Below are positions 36,816-51,254 of a DNA stretch of 64,000 nt, piece by piece. The position numbers and the translations under genes were made by a program. This stretch comes from Syncephalis fuscata S228 (lineage: Eukaryota > Fungi > Zoopagomycota), in assembly GCA_025786725.1 (NCBI GenBank), contig JAHLTZ010000001.1, positions 868,001 to 932,000 on the forward strand, in the 5' to 3' direction. The notes beneath the pieces were generated by a model. The model did no database searches and was not told the DNA's origin. It saw only the letters and a program-made list of their open reading frames with translations. The first letter of the stretch is position 1, and every line of letters starts with the position of its first letter.

Positions 36816-37049
36816 ACTTTATTTGAACAATAAACTGTCCACTTGACCATCACACAAATATGGTTAATAATATAAAAGAAGGCCGAAGCATGACGTTGCT
36901 CAATATAAAAACAAAAATAAGCAACACTGGAAGGCAGTAATAGTTAACATGGTAAAAAAAAGCCTATGCCCTTTTTTAAAAGTTAGTATTATTAAAAATA
37001 AACACAGTGCATAATGTAAACAGCAACACTAACACTACATACCTAAATA

Positions 37050-38400
37050 TCTATGTAAGAATAACAGTTGATTAAATACTAAGCAGTTTGAAGTAAAAAT
37101 AAGCAAATATTTATTACATAGCAGTGCCAGTTGTCTTACCATAGTAAACAGCCGATTATAAGAGCGTACACGGCTATTTGTGCTATACCGTCTTTGTCCG
37201 CACAATAACACATAGTTCAATAAAACATAACAATGCTTACCTGTAACTTCAAAGAAACGGTAAATGCTTCAGATGTAGACTGATAGAACATAGCCAGAAA
37301 CTGACAAACAGCAAACCGCCACAAACATTGACACCAGTTACAGTACCGGCTCAGGACAATTAGTGCAATAATTAGAATGTAAATAAAGCACCGTACAAGC
37401 ACCGCTAGCTACATACTAAGCAGTATGCTATGGAAGACGCTGGCAATTAAACGACAGCATATACACCAATGTCGTTCATAGATTACAGAGCTGTAGCCGT
37501 TAGTGATAATGATCAAATAGCAAATTTGCTTAAATATACTACAGTCTACAAAGTTAACGTGTTAGATCTTGCATTAGTTGTTGCATTTGAAAACGCCAAT
37601 GTTTAGAAAGAAATGGTGTGAGCAGAATGTTAGGTAGTGGAATCAAACAAAGAAGGTACTTGGTAGAGAAGTACAGCGCATATAGCCATCACAGTCCTCG
37701 TATTGATAGCTGTGCACATACAGTAATAGCAACAGTAGCAACTCGCGCTGTTGTACTGGCGCTGAAGACTTACTTAGCGACTATACTAGCAGTTTGATCT
37801 ACTAATATTGGTGGTGTATGCATACAGCAGCTGTACCTGAAGACTGTGCTGGCTATATGCCGCCAGAATCACTGTATACGCTGTTTTTGCTAGAGAATGC
37901 CACCACAGATCGTACTGACAGCAGCTTGTACCGGCTCGACAGTAGTAGATCACACTGCCACTGTTGAAATAGTAAAGCTGTTGCTAGCTGACCTGTAGTG
38001 GCAATCTATAGCAAAACATAGCATATGCTTAACACAATATAAAAACAAGCCACAAAGGCACTTATTGTGTCAAAGAAGTTGTCAATACCAATAAGCAGAG
38101 TAAATAAAGTGATTTGCATAAATGTCAGATTGCAAAAGAGCAAGGCAAGAATGTAAATAGTATTTGTACTTAATTAGTATTAGGCAACTACTGATGCTAG
38201 CAAGGCAGCATATATAAAAGGTAAAAGTATATGTACTGGATACGTGCCGTCAAGTGTAAAGAAAGAGAAAGGACAGTGATGACGTAGATTATGTGCTGTA
38301 TTGTTAATATATGTGAAGTGATAATAGTGATGTCATTTGATACCAAACTACTCATTTTCATAGAACATGTTGTCAGTAAATAGTGAATATATTAAAAATA
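37050..38400 (-). pseudogene. Decayed intron-containing gene remnant / dispersed repeat, copy 1
   Basis: Minus-strand hydrophobic fragments (FIYILIIALIVLS; GIAQIAVYALIIGCLL) end at GTAAG donors but are broken by many stops. 37850-38300 aligns by eye with 51255-51660, and 38332-38400 with the reverse complement of 63838-63905. Confidence 0.4.
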
Positions 38401-38974
38401 GATGCTATTTAGTGTTAAATAGCATTTTTAGTCATATTATTTTAAAATTTGATACTATTGAATAATGAATTATCTATTGCTGAATTTCTGCATACTCAAA
38501 CTATTAGCTAAAGTAATTGATTTACGCTCTTGTTAATGTTTTTTGTTTACGTATATTATTTTGGAAAAGAACAGTGTGCTAAAAAATAATAACTAATAAT
38601 GCACAGCTTTGTAGAGTAAATACCTATTGCTCTTTACTTATCATACAATAAAGATAAAGTTTATACTGATTATTAATGATTACATTCCAGTTTTCAAATT
38701 ACGAATCTAATGTCAACAGCAATTTATACGTTATGGATAAAAAACGGATGCATTGAGCTACGCGAGTAGAAGTGAATATAGTTAATAAAGTCAAAGTGTT
38801 TAGTTCATTATTTATAAACACGTTTATAGGCGTATGCTTTAATTTGGTTATGCTTATGTTAACAAAGAACTCAATTAAGCAAATAATGCTTTAATGCAAA
38901 TATTAAATGGCCAGCGTTGTTTAAATTGCTATAATTTATTAATCGATGGCATATAAAGCCAAGACTAGAATAAA

Positions 38975-41900
38975 CTATCTGCGACGATAGCCACGATATC
39001 TTGAATTTCCATTCACTGGATTGCTAGATCCGTATGAACCATGTTGAGATGTTGGTGGTGGTGAGTATCCACCATATGGATAGGCTGGATAGCTAGGCAC
39101 GTATGGACTAGGCTGAGGTACTGGTGCTTGCGGATATCCGCTAGGTGGGTAGGATGGATAGCTAGGCGTATATGGCGGTACTGGTTTTTGTGCTGGCTTA
39201 GCTGGAACTGGCTTAGGCGGCTCTGGAGCTGGTACTGGCTTAGGCGGCTCTGGAGCTGGTACTGGCTTAGGCGGCTCTGGTGCTGGTACTGGTGGAGCTG
39301 GTGCTGGCTTAGGCGGCTCTGGTACTGGAGCTGATGGGGCTGGTACTGGCTTAGGCGGCTCTGGTGCTGGTACTGGTGGAGCTGGTGCTGGCTTAGGCGG
39401 CTCTGGTGCTGGTACTGGTGAAGCTGGTGCTGGCTTAGGCGGCTCTGATGCTGGTGCTGGCTTAGACGGCTCTGGTACTGGAGCTGGTGGAGCTGGTACT
39501 GGCTTAGGCGGCTCTGGTGCTGGAGCTGGTGGGGCTGGTGCTGGCTTAGGCGGCTCTGGTGCTGGAACTGGTGGAGCTGGAGCTGGCTTAGGCGGCTCTG
39601 GTACTGGAGCTGGTGGAACTGGTACTGGCTTAGGCGGCTCTGGTGCTGGAGCTGGTGGGGCTGGTACTGGCTTAGGCGGCTCTGGTGCTGGTACTGGTGG
39701 AGCTGGTGCTGGCTTAGGCGGCTCTGGTACTGGAGCTGATGGGGCTGGTACTGGCTTAGGCGGCTCTGGTGCTGGTACTGGTGGAGCTGGTGCTGGCTTA
39801 GGCGGCTCTGGTACTGGTGGAGCTGGTACTGGCTTAGACGGCTCTGGTGCTGGTACTGGTGGAGCTGGTGCTGGCTTAGGCGGCTCTGATGCTGGTGCTG
39901 GCTTAGACGGCTCTGGTACTGGAGCTGGTGGGGCTGGTACTGGCTTAGACGGCTCTGATGCTGGTACTGGTGGAGCTGGTGCTGGCTTAGGCGGCTCTGG
40001 TGCTGGTACTGGTGGAGCTGGTGCTGGCTTAGACGGCTCTGGTACTGGTGGAGCTGGTACTGGCTTAGACGGCTCTGGTGCTGGTACTGGTGGAGCTGGT
40101 GCTGGCTTAGGCGGCTCTGGTGCTGGTACTGGTGGAGCTGGTGCTGGCTTAGGCGGCTCTGGTGCTGGTACTGGTGAAGCTGGTGCTGGCTTAGGCGGCT
40201 CTGATGCTGGTGCTGGCTTAGACGGCTCTGGTACTGGAGCTGGTGGAGCTGGTGCTGGCTTAGGCGGCTCTGGTACTGGAGCTGGTGGAGCTGGTACTGG
40301 CTTAGACGGCTCTGGTACTGGAGCTGATGGGGCTGGTACTGGCTTAGGCGGCTCTGGTGCTGGTACTGGTGGAGCTGGTGCTGGCTTAGGCGGCTCTGGT
40401 GCTGGTACTGGTGAAGCTGGTGCTGGCTTAGGCGGCTCTGATGCTGGTGCTGGCTTAGACGGCTCTGGTACTGGAGCTGGTGGAGCTGGTACTGGCTTAG
40501 GCGGCTCTGGTGCTGGAGCTGATGGGGCTGGTACTGGCTTAGGCGGCTCTGGTGCTGGTACTGGTGGAGCTGGTGCTGGCTTAGGCGGCTCTGGTGCTGG
40601 TACTGGTGGAGCTGGTGCTGGCTTAGGCGGCTCTGATGCTGGTACTGGTGAAGCTGGTGCTGGCTTAGGCGGCTCTGATGCTGGTGCTGGCTTAGACGGC
40701 TCTGGTACTGGAGCTGGTGGAGCTGGTGCTGGCTTAGGCGGCTCTGGTACTGGAGCTGGTGGAGCTGGTACTGGCTTAGACGGCTCTGGTACTGGAGCTG
40801 ATGGGGCTGGTACTGGCTTAGGCGGCTCTGGTGCTGGTACTGGTGGAGCTGGTGCTGGCTTAGGTGGAACTGGTATTGGAGCTGGAACTGGCTTAGGTGG
40901 TTCTGGTACTGGTACTGGCTTAGGCGGTACTGGCTTAGGTGGAGCTGGTGCTGGTACTGGTGGAGCTGGTGCTGACTTAGGTGGTATTGGAGCTGGTGAA
41001 GCTGGTATTGGCTTAGGTGGTATTGGAGCTGGTGGAGCTGGTACTGGCTTAGGTGGTATTGGAGCTGGTGGAGCTGGTACTGGCTTAGGTGGAGCTGGTA
41101 TTGGAGCTGATGGAGCTGGTACTGGCTTAGGTGGTATTGGAGCTGGTGGAGCTGGTACTGGCTTAGGTGGAGCTGGTATTGGAGCTGATGGAGCTGGTAT
41201 TGGAGCTGGTGGAGCTGGTATTGGAGCTGGTGGAGCTGGAACTGGCTTAGGTGGTTCTGGTACTGGTACTGGCTTAGGCGGTACTGGCTTAGGTGGAGCT
41301 GGTACTGGAGCTGGTGGAGCTGGTGCTGGCTTAGGTGGTATTGGAGCTGGTGGAGCTGGAACTGGCTTAGGTGGAGCTGGTATTGGAGCTGGTGGAGCTG
41401 GTACTGGCTTAGGTGGAACTGGTATTGGAGCTGGTGGAGCTGGAACTGGCTTAGGTGGTTCTGGTACTGGTACTGGCTTAGGCGGTACTGGCTTAGGTGG
41501 AGCTGGTGCTGGTACTGGTGGAGCTGGTGCTGACTTAGGTGGTATTGGAGCTGGTGAAGCTGGTATTGGCTTAGGTGGTATTGGAGCTGGTGAAGCTGGT
41601 GCTGGCTTAGGTGGTATTGGAGCTGGTGGAGCTGGAACTGGCTTAGGTGGAGCTGGTATTGGAGCTGGTGGAGCTGGAACTGGCTTAGGTGGAGCTGGTG
41701 CTGGTACTGGTGGAGCTGGTGCTGACTTAGGTGGTATTGGAGCTGGTGAAGCTGGTATTGGCTTAGGTGGTATTGGAGCTGGTGGAGCTGGAACTGGCTT
41801 AGGTGGAGCTGGTACTGGAGCTGGCGGAGCTGGAACTGGCTTAGGTGGAGCTGGTATTGGCTTAGGTGGTGTTGGTGCTGGCTTAGGTGGTACTGGCACT

Positions 41901-42663
41901 GGAGCTGGAGCAGGCTTAGGTGGCGCTGGCACTGGTCTAGGTGGCGGCGGTGCTGGCCTTGGTGGGATTGGTTTAGGTGCCGGTGGATGATGTGGTGGTG
42001 GGGCAGGCCTGGATGGGGGAGGACGATGTGGATGTGGCGGTATTGGATTTTTTGAATGAGATGGAACTAGATGATGTAAAGCTGGTTTATGTTTATCATG
42101 ATCAGAAGTCAAGCTAGCAAAATTGACGCTATTTACGGCATCATTAGTTTCGTTAATATTTTCATCAAACTGCGTTTGCATAAAATTAGCATTTGTTTCG
42201 TCGTTTACTTCATCAATTAGTGTATTAACTTCTGACTGAGCACCATTATCGTCTGAAATATCACTTTTTAAATTAACGTGCTTGTTGGTTTGAATAGTTT
42301 TAGCATTTTCATCTAAATGGCTATGAGTTACACTGCTGTTATTTAGGTATATTCCTTACCAGTAGAACCATCGTTATTATCAAGATCTTTATTAGATTTC
42401 GGCGTATTATGTAATTCTCCGCTGATTTTTTTGCCATTTGGGCCTTCAATGGTCCAGAAAGTAACGTCGTCGTCCCTGTTTCCTTGTTGATTGTCAGGAA
42501 CGCTATTAGTTTTAAAATGCCATCCTAAAAAGGAAACATCAATATCTTTGGATTGGTTTGTTGATGTGTCTTGATTAGTAGGCGGTGCGCCTGAAACAGA
42601 TAAAACACTGTTTGTTGCCGCTGCAAGTAATGCAGCCGCAAATATTATACGCTTACTAAGCAT
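38975..42663 (-). CDS. Secreted Pro-rich repeat (extensin/HRGP-like) protein, 1213 aa. Intron 42359-42313
   Basis: Signal peptide [23 protein letters not shown] 47-nt GTAAGG..TTTAG intron joins the 106-aa and 1068-aa ORFs in frame. About 950 aa of PAPPKP/PEPPKP repeats, then a Tyr/Pro-rich and basic C-terminus. Confidence 0.85.
39195..41960 (-). repeat. Coding minisatellite of the Pro-rich protein
   Basis: Repeated ggcttaggcggctctggtgctggtactggtggagctgg and ggcttaggtggtattggagctggtggagctgg units. Confidence 0.95.
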
Positions 42664-45600
42664 AGCAAGCAGTAATTAAAATGTGACAGCTAAGTGATAA
42701 ATAGAATAAAGAATAATATATAGTTTCCAATATGGATAAAGATGTTGGGCCGTAAAATATTAGGTTGGAAGATTGTACGTATAGCTACACTCTTTAGACA
42801 CCTGGACTAAATTGGCATATCTATTTATTGTTGCAAGCTTTGGCATCAGCAAATCAATAGCTTTCATTGGCAATTCAAATACACTTGGCGATAAAACAAC
42901 ACAGGCCTATCTATTGGTTGTACACGTCGTAACTTCATAGAAAAAATTGTCAACTAATAATTCGTGTTGATACATTGAATCTATTATTGTCGAATATAGT
43001 AATACAAATCAATCGACTTTTTACGTTTTATACCTATAATAAATTTGTTTTATTTATATCCTAACGCTATTTATTATGTAAATGGAAAATAGCTATATAT
43101 TTAATTGTTTTTTAATAAAATACTTGGATTTCTGCTTATTTGTTTTATTGGTACTATGATAATTAAACATGTATTTCTTTATAACGCTATGAATCATTAA
43201 AAAGCATTGCCGAAATATTAAAGCTTGATTGTGCCGTAGCTTAGATTTTCCTTTCTAGAACGAAGAATGTTACAAAGACTACAGGCTTACACAAACAAAT
43301 CACCAGACGATAAAGGCCAATTTTTAAGGAGCCTTTTTGCTAAAGGCAATACCGGTATTGTTCAAGTTGTTGAAACAATAAATTAATTTTTCCTTTTTAA
43401 GACACTAATTAATGCCATATTAATTGAAGGATAGGCTAATTGCCGGCTTGTTCTGTCTTACAGATGCTAACAACACTTTGAATTCTTCAAACTAGCTATT
43501 TAATAAATACGTTACATTGTGATAATATGATATTAAATATAAATCTAATCTAATCAGCTAGACACAGGTGCGTGTTTTTTATAATGACTAAGCTTTGCTA
43601 ATTAATATTTTGTGTATGTCAGCTTGGTCAATAGCCAAGTTCATGTGTGTTCTACGAACTTTCATTCCAGCTATTTTTGCAACCAAATAAGTCTGCTTGT
43701 TCAAAAACCTGTTTCTTGGTCACTGATCTGAACAAGTATCTCGATTCGATGTATTTGTTGTCTATGAGTCAATTTAGTGAATACTTGGCAGAGGCATTAA
43801 CAACATAGTGGTAATATGGCTGGCCTAAATGATTGACATAGTCTATTATACTATCACATCTACTCAGGTGTTTCTATATACTGTTACCGTTTGGAAACTT
43901 ATACAATACTGCTTTACAGCATAATCAATGTTTGTGCTAATGGATGTTTACAAGTAGTGCTTTGCAATTGATACGCTCTAGCATATGGACTATGGCTTGC
44001 ATTTTTATTTTGTCTTGTATATTCAATTAGGCTGTTTATCCTAGCAGTCTAGCTACTGTAAAGTTAAAAGTCATAAAATATTGTGTTTATTTAACTGTAG
44101 CAAATGCTGGAAAGCAACTTTAGCATATCTGAGCCACAGCCATGCTATTGTGAAGCACATAATATTAAACGGCTCATGTGACATATTTTCTACTGAAATG
44201 TATGTTTGTAGCTGAGCCTTGAATAAATTAGATGATGTATCCAGACAGTTAAGCTATCAAGTTGGTAATATTGTGACGTGGCACCGTGTGTCCATCATGG
44301 CACGGATAAACAGTGCTGTAATAAAGCATTAGCACACTATTATTCAATAAACAATAATAATGCAATATATAAATGGGATTAGCATTAGATTTAATTGCAC
44401 CTGTTATATACAATAGTATGAACTAATATATAATAGACTAGATGGCGTGACATAAAATTGTACAAGGCATTAACAAATGGTAATTATTTAATGGAGCTAC
44501 TTCACTTTGACCCTCACATTTTTATTTATCTATTTCACCCCTCAACACTTTTAAATACAATTAAACATACACTCATCACTATAACATGTATAATATTGCA
44601 TCCAACACTAATCAATTCATGTGTAATTATCAATACAATAATGTAATTAAATATGCACATTACGGTATTAGTTGAAGTTGAAATAACATTTAATAAACTA
44701 AAAGGCTTTTTACACTAAATTGTTAAATATCTTTGCTGAAACGGTTTACAAGTATAAAAAGAATAAAATAATTGCGATTATTAAATATAGCTATTATAAT
44801 ATGCAAATGTGGTTCAAGTAAACAGAAACAAGATAGAAAAGAAATAGATCACATAACAGTTTGATGTACATTATGACAAACAGGCAGCAGAAGTAATGAG
44901 TAACGACATGAAATCGCGGTTATATGGCTTCTATTAATATTCGATCAATCTTTCTACACATGGCCAACAACAATAATAATCGGGTTCAAATGTTTCAAAA
45001 ATCAAATAGTATGTTACATTGTTTGTTCAAATTAATTTATTAATAGTTCAATAGAAAGTAGTATAACTATGTTGTGTATAACAATGGCATGACCTCAATT
45101 GAAACGAATTTTACTTTGGAACAGATGTGGGAGTCAAAGTACAATAAAATTAAAACATTGAAGTAGTAGTCACCACGACTGTTGCTATGATGCTATAAAC
45201 ATTTGCAACATTTTCACATGTTGTGCTATTATTAATGTTGTAGTTTTTACTATTCGCTATTTCTGCCGTGTTTAAAGAACAACACAAAGCATCAATTTGA
45301 CACAAAGAATACAGATTACTATCAAATTTAAAAATTACAAGATGCATATTATTTTGTATTATAGTGCTATTGAGTAAATGTAGTAACACTAATAAACATC
45401 TAATTATACGAAAAACACGAAAGAAAGGCTTGTTATTTTTTATTTTAGCAATAAAGATAATTAATTATATAGAAGCTTTCTGTATTTAAAACAATGTACC
45501 AGGAATAGCTTAGTATTTATTTTTTATATTGAAAGGTGAAAATAATTAAACAATGAGTATTACCAAATATTCTGATAATATCAGCATAATTTATACTATA

Positions 45601-45664
45601 ATTATGATATTATACAGACATGTCCTACATGTTTATAATGCCTACTTAATAATCTAAGTAACAT

Positions 45665-45830
45665 CCAATCTATTGAACATGATGGTGGGTGGTGAATAAC
45701 ATCAGTTATCAAATACTCATCACCATAGATTCATTATTCAGTATGCATATATACTCATTTGCCTATATCATGTTCATGGCATATTCGTGTTACTATATAT
45801 CATTTTAAAATGTAGTAACTACGCTCTACT
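45665..45830 (+). mobile_element. Partial diverged copy of the 5.0-5.47 kb MITE-like element (one arm plus interior)
   Basis: ccaatctattgaacatgatggtgggtggtgaataacatcagttatcaaatactcatcaccatagattcattattcagtatgcatatat resembles 5023-5110. Confidence 0.6.
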
Positions 45831-46116
45831 CAAAACTATTGTCCTTTTGTCGCTAGCTTTAGTTGTTATAAACTTTGCTTATTTCAGTTAGCTATCACCA
45901 CTATAACCTCAATATTTCTATTTATAGATTTTATTGTCTATCCATTCTACTGACACCATTATGATATATAATGCCCATAAGCTATTAATAAAAACTGTTT
46001 GTTTATTGTTAACTCTATTTTATAGAAAGTGCTACAATCTACACCTATAACAGCACAAGTACAACATACTTGTCTCCTTTAATTGCATTTTATCTTTATT
46101 ATTATTATTATACGTC

Positions 46117-49100
46117 ATGTGGCAGCCTGTCGAGCCATCTTCCACACAGGCCAATAGCGAAACAAAAACACTAGCGAAAGAGATTGTAGGCGCTGAAACA
46201 GACACACAAGCACTGAATGAGGCAGCCTTATTGCTGAAGGAGAGGAAAATCGATTCAGATGCCATAGCCATCGAACAATCAAAGGAACCAACTAGCACGA
46301 TTCACTCACCCAGAAGCAGCGAAAAGAATCAAACACCAAGAACCGCGGTGCGTATTCATAGACGATCGGAACCAGGAAGTCCAGGATCAAACCAGAGCAA
46401 TGTAGACGCGTCGCCATTGCAGCTACGCAGCAAAATACCGTCCGTTGCTGTTTTATCACCTTTATCGTCGCATGCCAATTCGTTTGATAAAACCGATATA
46501 CAAGCAAATACTACTACGTCAAAACAAGAGCCAGAAAATAGCGATATGCTTGAAATGACTGCAGAACTACTAGTTGATAGCAGTAAAAGTCCATTAATGC
46601 ATAATAATGTGCCTGATTTGCACCTACCAAGTACAGTTGATCTGGATGATACCAATAACCTTGAAACTACTGGTAAGTAATATAAGTTAATTACAATGAT
46701 AATACTTAAATTAGCCTAATTGTATTGACATTAGCATTGGATAAGGAAGCTGCTGATACTGGTGACATGCCTACTGCCAATGAGCTGGTCCACCATTTAC
46801 AATGGCCACAGCGTCATCTTTTTACCTTGATGGAAGAACGATCAAAAGATTTATCTAGCGTATGTTTAGAGCCGGCCCACGAACAAGATGCAGAACCATC
46901 CAATGATGCGGACCACCCATCGAGTAATTTAATTGATGAACAGTTGCCACCTTCTACTGTAGTGGCTATGGATCGTTACTTAACCAAATCCGAGGCCAAT
47001 TCATTTGTTGGTTCCGAACCATCTGTACTTGTTGAGGAGTCAACAACAAGTGTCATTATTGAAGAGTCTATCAGTCAATTTGGTTTGCTTAACAATTTCA
47101 ATAATCAAGTATATAATGATACCATTTCTGTTGAAAGTTCTCCAGATGTTAGATTAACAAGAAATGATGCAACAACACGCGATAAACCACACTATCTTGA
47201 ATTGCATACAACGCCAATACGCCAGCAGAATAATCAACGTGAAGCATCTTATATGTCGTTGCCACTACCACACTGGGACACGTCTCCTTTACACGAAGCA
47301 TCGGATAGCATACTTACTGGCTCACCTGCTCCACGTTTTGTATTGAAAAGAGGTACATCAGTAGAACATGAAGTGAATGATAGCATTAGTATTGGAGAGA
47401 TTATTTCTCATGAACCAACGTCAACGACTATGCTAGACAATAATATTACGGCAAAAAGTATTGTTAATCAGTCTTTAAAAGCAACTGAACCGACAACAAC
47501 AAGTCAGATAGCAGATGAGCCAACGAATCTACCAACCAACACTAAAGCGACTATTTCTAAAGTTAGGGAAACAAATGATCAGAATTTAATTAGTGTTAGC
47601 GCACAATATTCACCACAAGGTCTTGCCGCCTTTCTACTGCCACCAAGACAGTCTAGCGATATAGTGACAACATCAACAGACGTAGATGACATCAATGTAC
47701 CAGAACGGCCCAGCACAGTCACTTCAGGAGCACCTATGTCTGCAGCACGTACACCAGCTCGTCGGCCACTTTCTATGCCGGCATGGCAACCAGCATCAAT
47801 AGTGTCGACATCGTCTGAACGATCAACTAAAAAAGAAATAGCTAGTAATGTGTCGAATGTCACAGATAATTGTATTGGAACAACACCCTTGAGTAAACGG
47901 GGCAGTCCAGTTATTGATAATATCCGTAAGTCAGAGGATTTGTTTATTAACAACGATGCTCAGTTGGGTGGATCTAAATCTAATCCGACAACGGTATCAA
48001 CAACTGCATATGCTGCAAAACAACAAGACAGTCCATTAATGCGTACGCCATTGACATCGCCGCGTAAATCGTCGCGACCAACATCGTTAATTAATTATAG
48101 TGCGGGATCTCCATTATCAACTGGACTAGCAGAGGCACGTCTAGTAGGAATGTCTGACAGAAAGCAGCATTTGGCCCAGTTAACACGTAGAGCAAGTGCA
48201 CTTACAGCACGGCAGTCTACTGGTAGGTAGTTATTGACAGTGATAGACAGCCAACTAAATAACGCTATTTAATTAGCATCACAAGGATTGTTTATTAATT
48301 TGGAAGAGAATTCAACCGCATCAATAAATAAATCGGATCGTAGTAAGGCAGCAGAAGACAAGCCAATGTCAAAAGGTCAGAAAATATCCTGTATAGATAA
48401 AGACTGAAAACACCATCACCTGTAACCACTGGAGGTCCACCGGCAACTACAAATTGCACTATGGGATCAGATGCGATATTGGCATCCATACCGGCAATGT
48501 CATTGGACGAGTATTCGCCTCGATCAATAGCAGCATCGACACATTTTGCTGGAGAAAATACGGCAGATCAAACGGATACAACTACGCCTAGCGTATGGCC
48601 TTTAAAACACTACCGACAAACACCGGATAAATTATGGCGCACTGTTGCATCAGCATCTCTGGTAGATAATGCAATTCATACAACCGAAAATAGTGAACAG
48701 GACGATGATGAGGACACGGATGAAGAAGATGAACAGTTATTACGTGCGTCATCAGTGGCTAAAAACAATAATGTTCTACATGAACAGTTGCAACTGCAAT
48801 CACTAACTGCCATGTTATCGGATCGATTACCGTCTGAAGGATGGTCTACATTAACGGTATTGGATCTGTCGGATACATCTACACTAGAATCATTTAATGG
48901 ACTTGATATGTTATGTCCGGCACTTGAGGAATTAGTGGCGTATGTATTTGACTAGCTAGTGAGCTATAGTGATAAATACTAATAGACGGCTATAGACGAC
49001 GATGCAATCTTACTTCATTAAGAGGGTGCCAACAAGGATACAACGACTAAATGTTATGAGCAACCGGTAGGTAGATGGTATTATGAACAAGTAGAAACAT

Positions 49101-50766
49101 TAATACTGTAATTATAACAATCTAGTTTACGAGAAACGGATATCGTAGATTTACGTCATTTAACCGAGTTAACAGTACTTGAGCTATCTGACAACTATTT
49201 ACAAAAACTTATATGTAAGTGTGAAGAGACAAGCGCTATTTACACAATACATGTAACAAATATTAAATAATAGATTTTGGCGAATTAAGACAGCTACGGG
49301 ATCTACGTGCTGATAAAAACAAAATTAAAGAACTTGAGGATTTGTCGGCGACCTGTTTGGAACATTTAAGCTTACGAGGAAATCGGCTAATATTTGTTGA
49401 TTGTGCTCAACTACCCTGGTAAGTAACTGAATAAATAGTTTATTATAGCATGTGTTTGACTAATTGATTTGTAAAGTGCTTATATGAAGAATCTATTACT
49501 TAACAAAAATGCTATTGCTAAGGTGCAAAGCATCGGATTGCTTCAACAACTAAAAATTCTGAATCTTGGTTAGTAGCAAATCATGGTATAACACAGTATT
49601 AATGAACCTTTTAATTATTGTTATTATTATTAGATCACAATTTGTTATCGCATTTTGAAAGTACAACACCATTAGCCAGTCTACATACACTTCGATTGTC
49701 GCATAACCAATTACGTCATCTTCATGCAGGCTGGTTTCCTACTGTGAGTGTACTATACGCCGATTGTAATCTATTGCATAAAATAGACGGCTTGGCCATT
49801 TTATCTATGCTAGAAAGTTTTTCAGTGAGAGATCAGCAGCGTAACTGGTAAGCGATTTCAGCCTATTTGATTTATTATTATTGCACATTTTGTAACCTTT
49901 TACTATTTATTGGACAGGGAGATGAATTTCGATGCTTTGCCACCAGCACGCAATCTTTACCTATCAGGCAATCCGTTTCCTGATTTAATTCGCTGTTCGC
50001 GCCTAGACCTGAGCTTGAATTTCTTGAACTTAGTGGCTGTAGTGTAATTACACTGCCACACGCTTCACTATGGCCGAATATTCGGGTATTTAATCTAAAC
50101 TACAATCATTTACGCGATCTATCACCTCTTCACCGGCTACTTTCACTGCGTCGACTCATGTTAGTAGCCAATTCGGTAAATACGGTTGATGTGGTGGCGT
50201 GTGCAGTGCGTCGACTTCCTAAGCTACATGCGCTCGATTTACGACGCAATCCGGTGGCTGCATCGCTGTATGCACCACTTGTATCGACGACGGCCACCGT
50301 TTTATGTCTTTCACTGCTACCATATCAAGCGGATCTACAATGGCGACAAGCGGATCTACACTATCGAATGCATCTATCGGATTTGACGCTTTGTCGACGA
50401 GCCGCTTATCGGTCCACGGTTATTCGCTGTGCACCTGCTTGCTTGTCCGAACTTGATGGACAGCCAGTGGCGAATAACGAGCGCAGTGAAGCTGAAGAAA
50501 TGTTTCGCTGGATTCGTGATCAAGCTGCTCTGCCTGATGTATCGTCGTCTATACTATCGGTGGCACCGTCGATGCTACCGGGGAATGTAACCATTATTGA
50601 AGAAGTGGAAACAAAAGCTGAACCGCAATCAATGTTGTCGCCACGTAAAGAGACTACAGCTACTACTCGAACTGAGCCGCGAGTAGCGACCACTACGGCA
50701 CCATCAAGTGCACGTGCGCCGCGTACCATTAGCCTGGCTGATTTTGCGCTTGGTAACAAAGCTTAA
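46117..50766 (+). CDS. Leucine-rich repeat protein, Cdc11/Nud1 (SIN/MEN scaffold)-like; multi-exon, with three apparent 1-nt deletions
   Basis: A long disordered Ser/Thr-rich N-half is followed by many LRRs across short exons (LTVLELSDNYL, LRDLRADKNKI, LEHLSLRGNRL, LHTLRLSHNQL, IRVFNLNYNHL, LHALDLRRNPV) and an LRR cap (YRSTVIRCAPACLSELDGQ). The family call rests on architecture. Confidence 0.72.
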
Positions 50767-51254
50767 TCGGTATATAATAGTTGTAACTATGACGATGTAT
50801 CAACATTGTCAATGGTTATTGTATATTTAGTGCTCAATGCAAACTTGTTTAGATGCACTGTTGATTAGTTTATCAATACCAAATTATTATTTGGTATTAA
50901 ACAATAACGTATTAATTATTAGCTAAATACAAAACAGTGTCAATACAGTGATTATTATTATTATTATTAAATTTAACATCGTTTTTAGTATTAATTACAT
51001 AATATTGATAATTTATCTAATGGTGTTGTAGAAAAGGCTTTTGAAATATAAGTTATAAACACGTGGTAATTTATATGATCTTGCTTGTACTTGCTAACAA
51101 CATGCTTGATTGAATAAAATGTAACATTATTTACTTGACAATTTAAATGATGCGCTTTATTTGCAGAATTAGTAAAACATATTGCAAAGGAATGCACTGC
51201 AATAATTGATCATAGCCGTACACATACAACAGTAGCTAACACAATGATTATGAT

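Noticed and set aside
39195-41960. Regularly spaced ggcttaggcggctctgg units resembling a CRISPR or telomeric array
   Set aside because: They are in-frame coding repeats of the Pro-rich protein. There are no unique spacers or cas genes, and the context is eukaryotic.
42343-42663. Separate 106-aa secreted protein
   Set aside because: It is exon 1 of the Pro-rich gene, joined in frame by a 47-nt intron.
43400-45400. Possible degenerate coding or transposon remnant
   Set aside because: I could not read a sustained frame or a recognisable domain.
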